From Amoeboaphelidium protococcarum X5 (lineage: Eukaryota; Fungi; Aphelidiomycota): 64,000 nucleotides of DNA. The notes under the pieces are model-generated. The model was not told the DNA's origin. It did not search any database and worked only from the letters and a program-made list of their open reading frames with translations. Shown piece by piece: positions 63,492 to 64,000 of this stretch; positions within the stretch are counted from its first letter, which is position 1; each line of letters begins with the position of its first letter. The DNA lies in the NCBI GenBank assembly GCA_023515725.1, contig JALDTO010000266.1:831070-895069 (forward strand), given 5' to 3'. Made by a program: the position numbers and the translations under genes.

Positions 63492-64000
63492 ATGCTAACT
63501 CTGACAGATTTACTAGTTCTGCCTACAGTTCCTGTATATAGATATCTAATGCCGGTGGATTTACTGCAGTTGTATTAATGCAATCGCTAATGTTAGAGCG
63601 TAATTTAGACTTAGAAGGCTCAAGTAGAGAGACATACCTCAAGTATTATGGACCTCTACTAGCTGCCCATCGCATAAAGTCTCATCCGTATCTCAATTTA
63701 AAGACTGCTGAAGATCACTTATTCTTCTTCCATGAAGATATGAAGTTTAATGAGATTTTGGTATCTTCTGTTAACAAAGTCTTATGTCTCCAACAGTGAG
63801 AATGAAGTGGACGAGTGGAAGAAGGCATTGTGTAAGTATTGTGAATTAGACTTTGGTTATGAGGCTCCCAGGTAGTTGTACTTTAAGCAAATGTCAGATT
63901 TATACATGCGGCAATAGGAGGATTTATAGGTGGAGTCTGGGGAACTGTTTGCCTATTCATAGGATGATTTTCTGCTTACGCTATGTTTCACCTATTGTAT
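63492..64000 (+). pseudogene. Copy D of the F-box-like family, disrupted and running off the window
   Basis: MLTLTDLLVLPTVPVYRYLMPVDLLQL, a frameshift in the GAGAGA run at about 63627-63632 before TYLKYYGPLL, and TGA at 63797-63799. Confidence 0.7.

Overview
Compact, intron-poor eukaryotic nuclear DNA with a fungus-like gene set. It uses a non-standard genetic code: TAA and TAG encode Gln and TGA is the only stop (ciliate-type, table 6). The supplied standard-code ORF track therefore cuts nearly every gene into pieces. This code plus fungal-type genes fits an aphelid such as Amoeboaphelidium (inference). Re-reading with TAR=Gln gives about 27 genes. They include RPC1, QCR6, three tandem secreted VWD-domain genes, MGM1, an SPX-less Pho87/90/91-type transporter, LSM7, ELP1, RPS29, an ATF/Atf1 bZIP, a RhoGAP, RPB1, a PRP2/DHX16-like helicase, a MEF2-type MADS factor, TypA, RMP1, a DUF3990-like ADP-ribosyltransferase-fold gene, IPI3 and CobW. 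There is also a decaying tandem F-box-like family and a Crypton tyrosine-recombinase transposon with one frameshift. The standout is a 420-aa intein in the RPC1 bridge helix. It starts with Ser, ends Phe-Asp, lacks the usual catalytic histidines, and its LAGLIDADG domain has both catalytic acids replaced by amides. RPB1 in the same window has the same site empty. All translations and coordinates were done by hand and no database searches were run.
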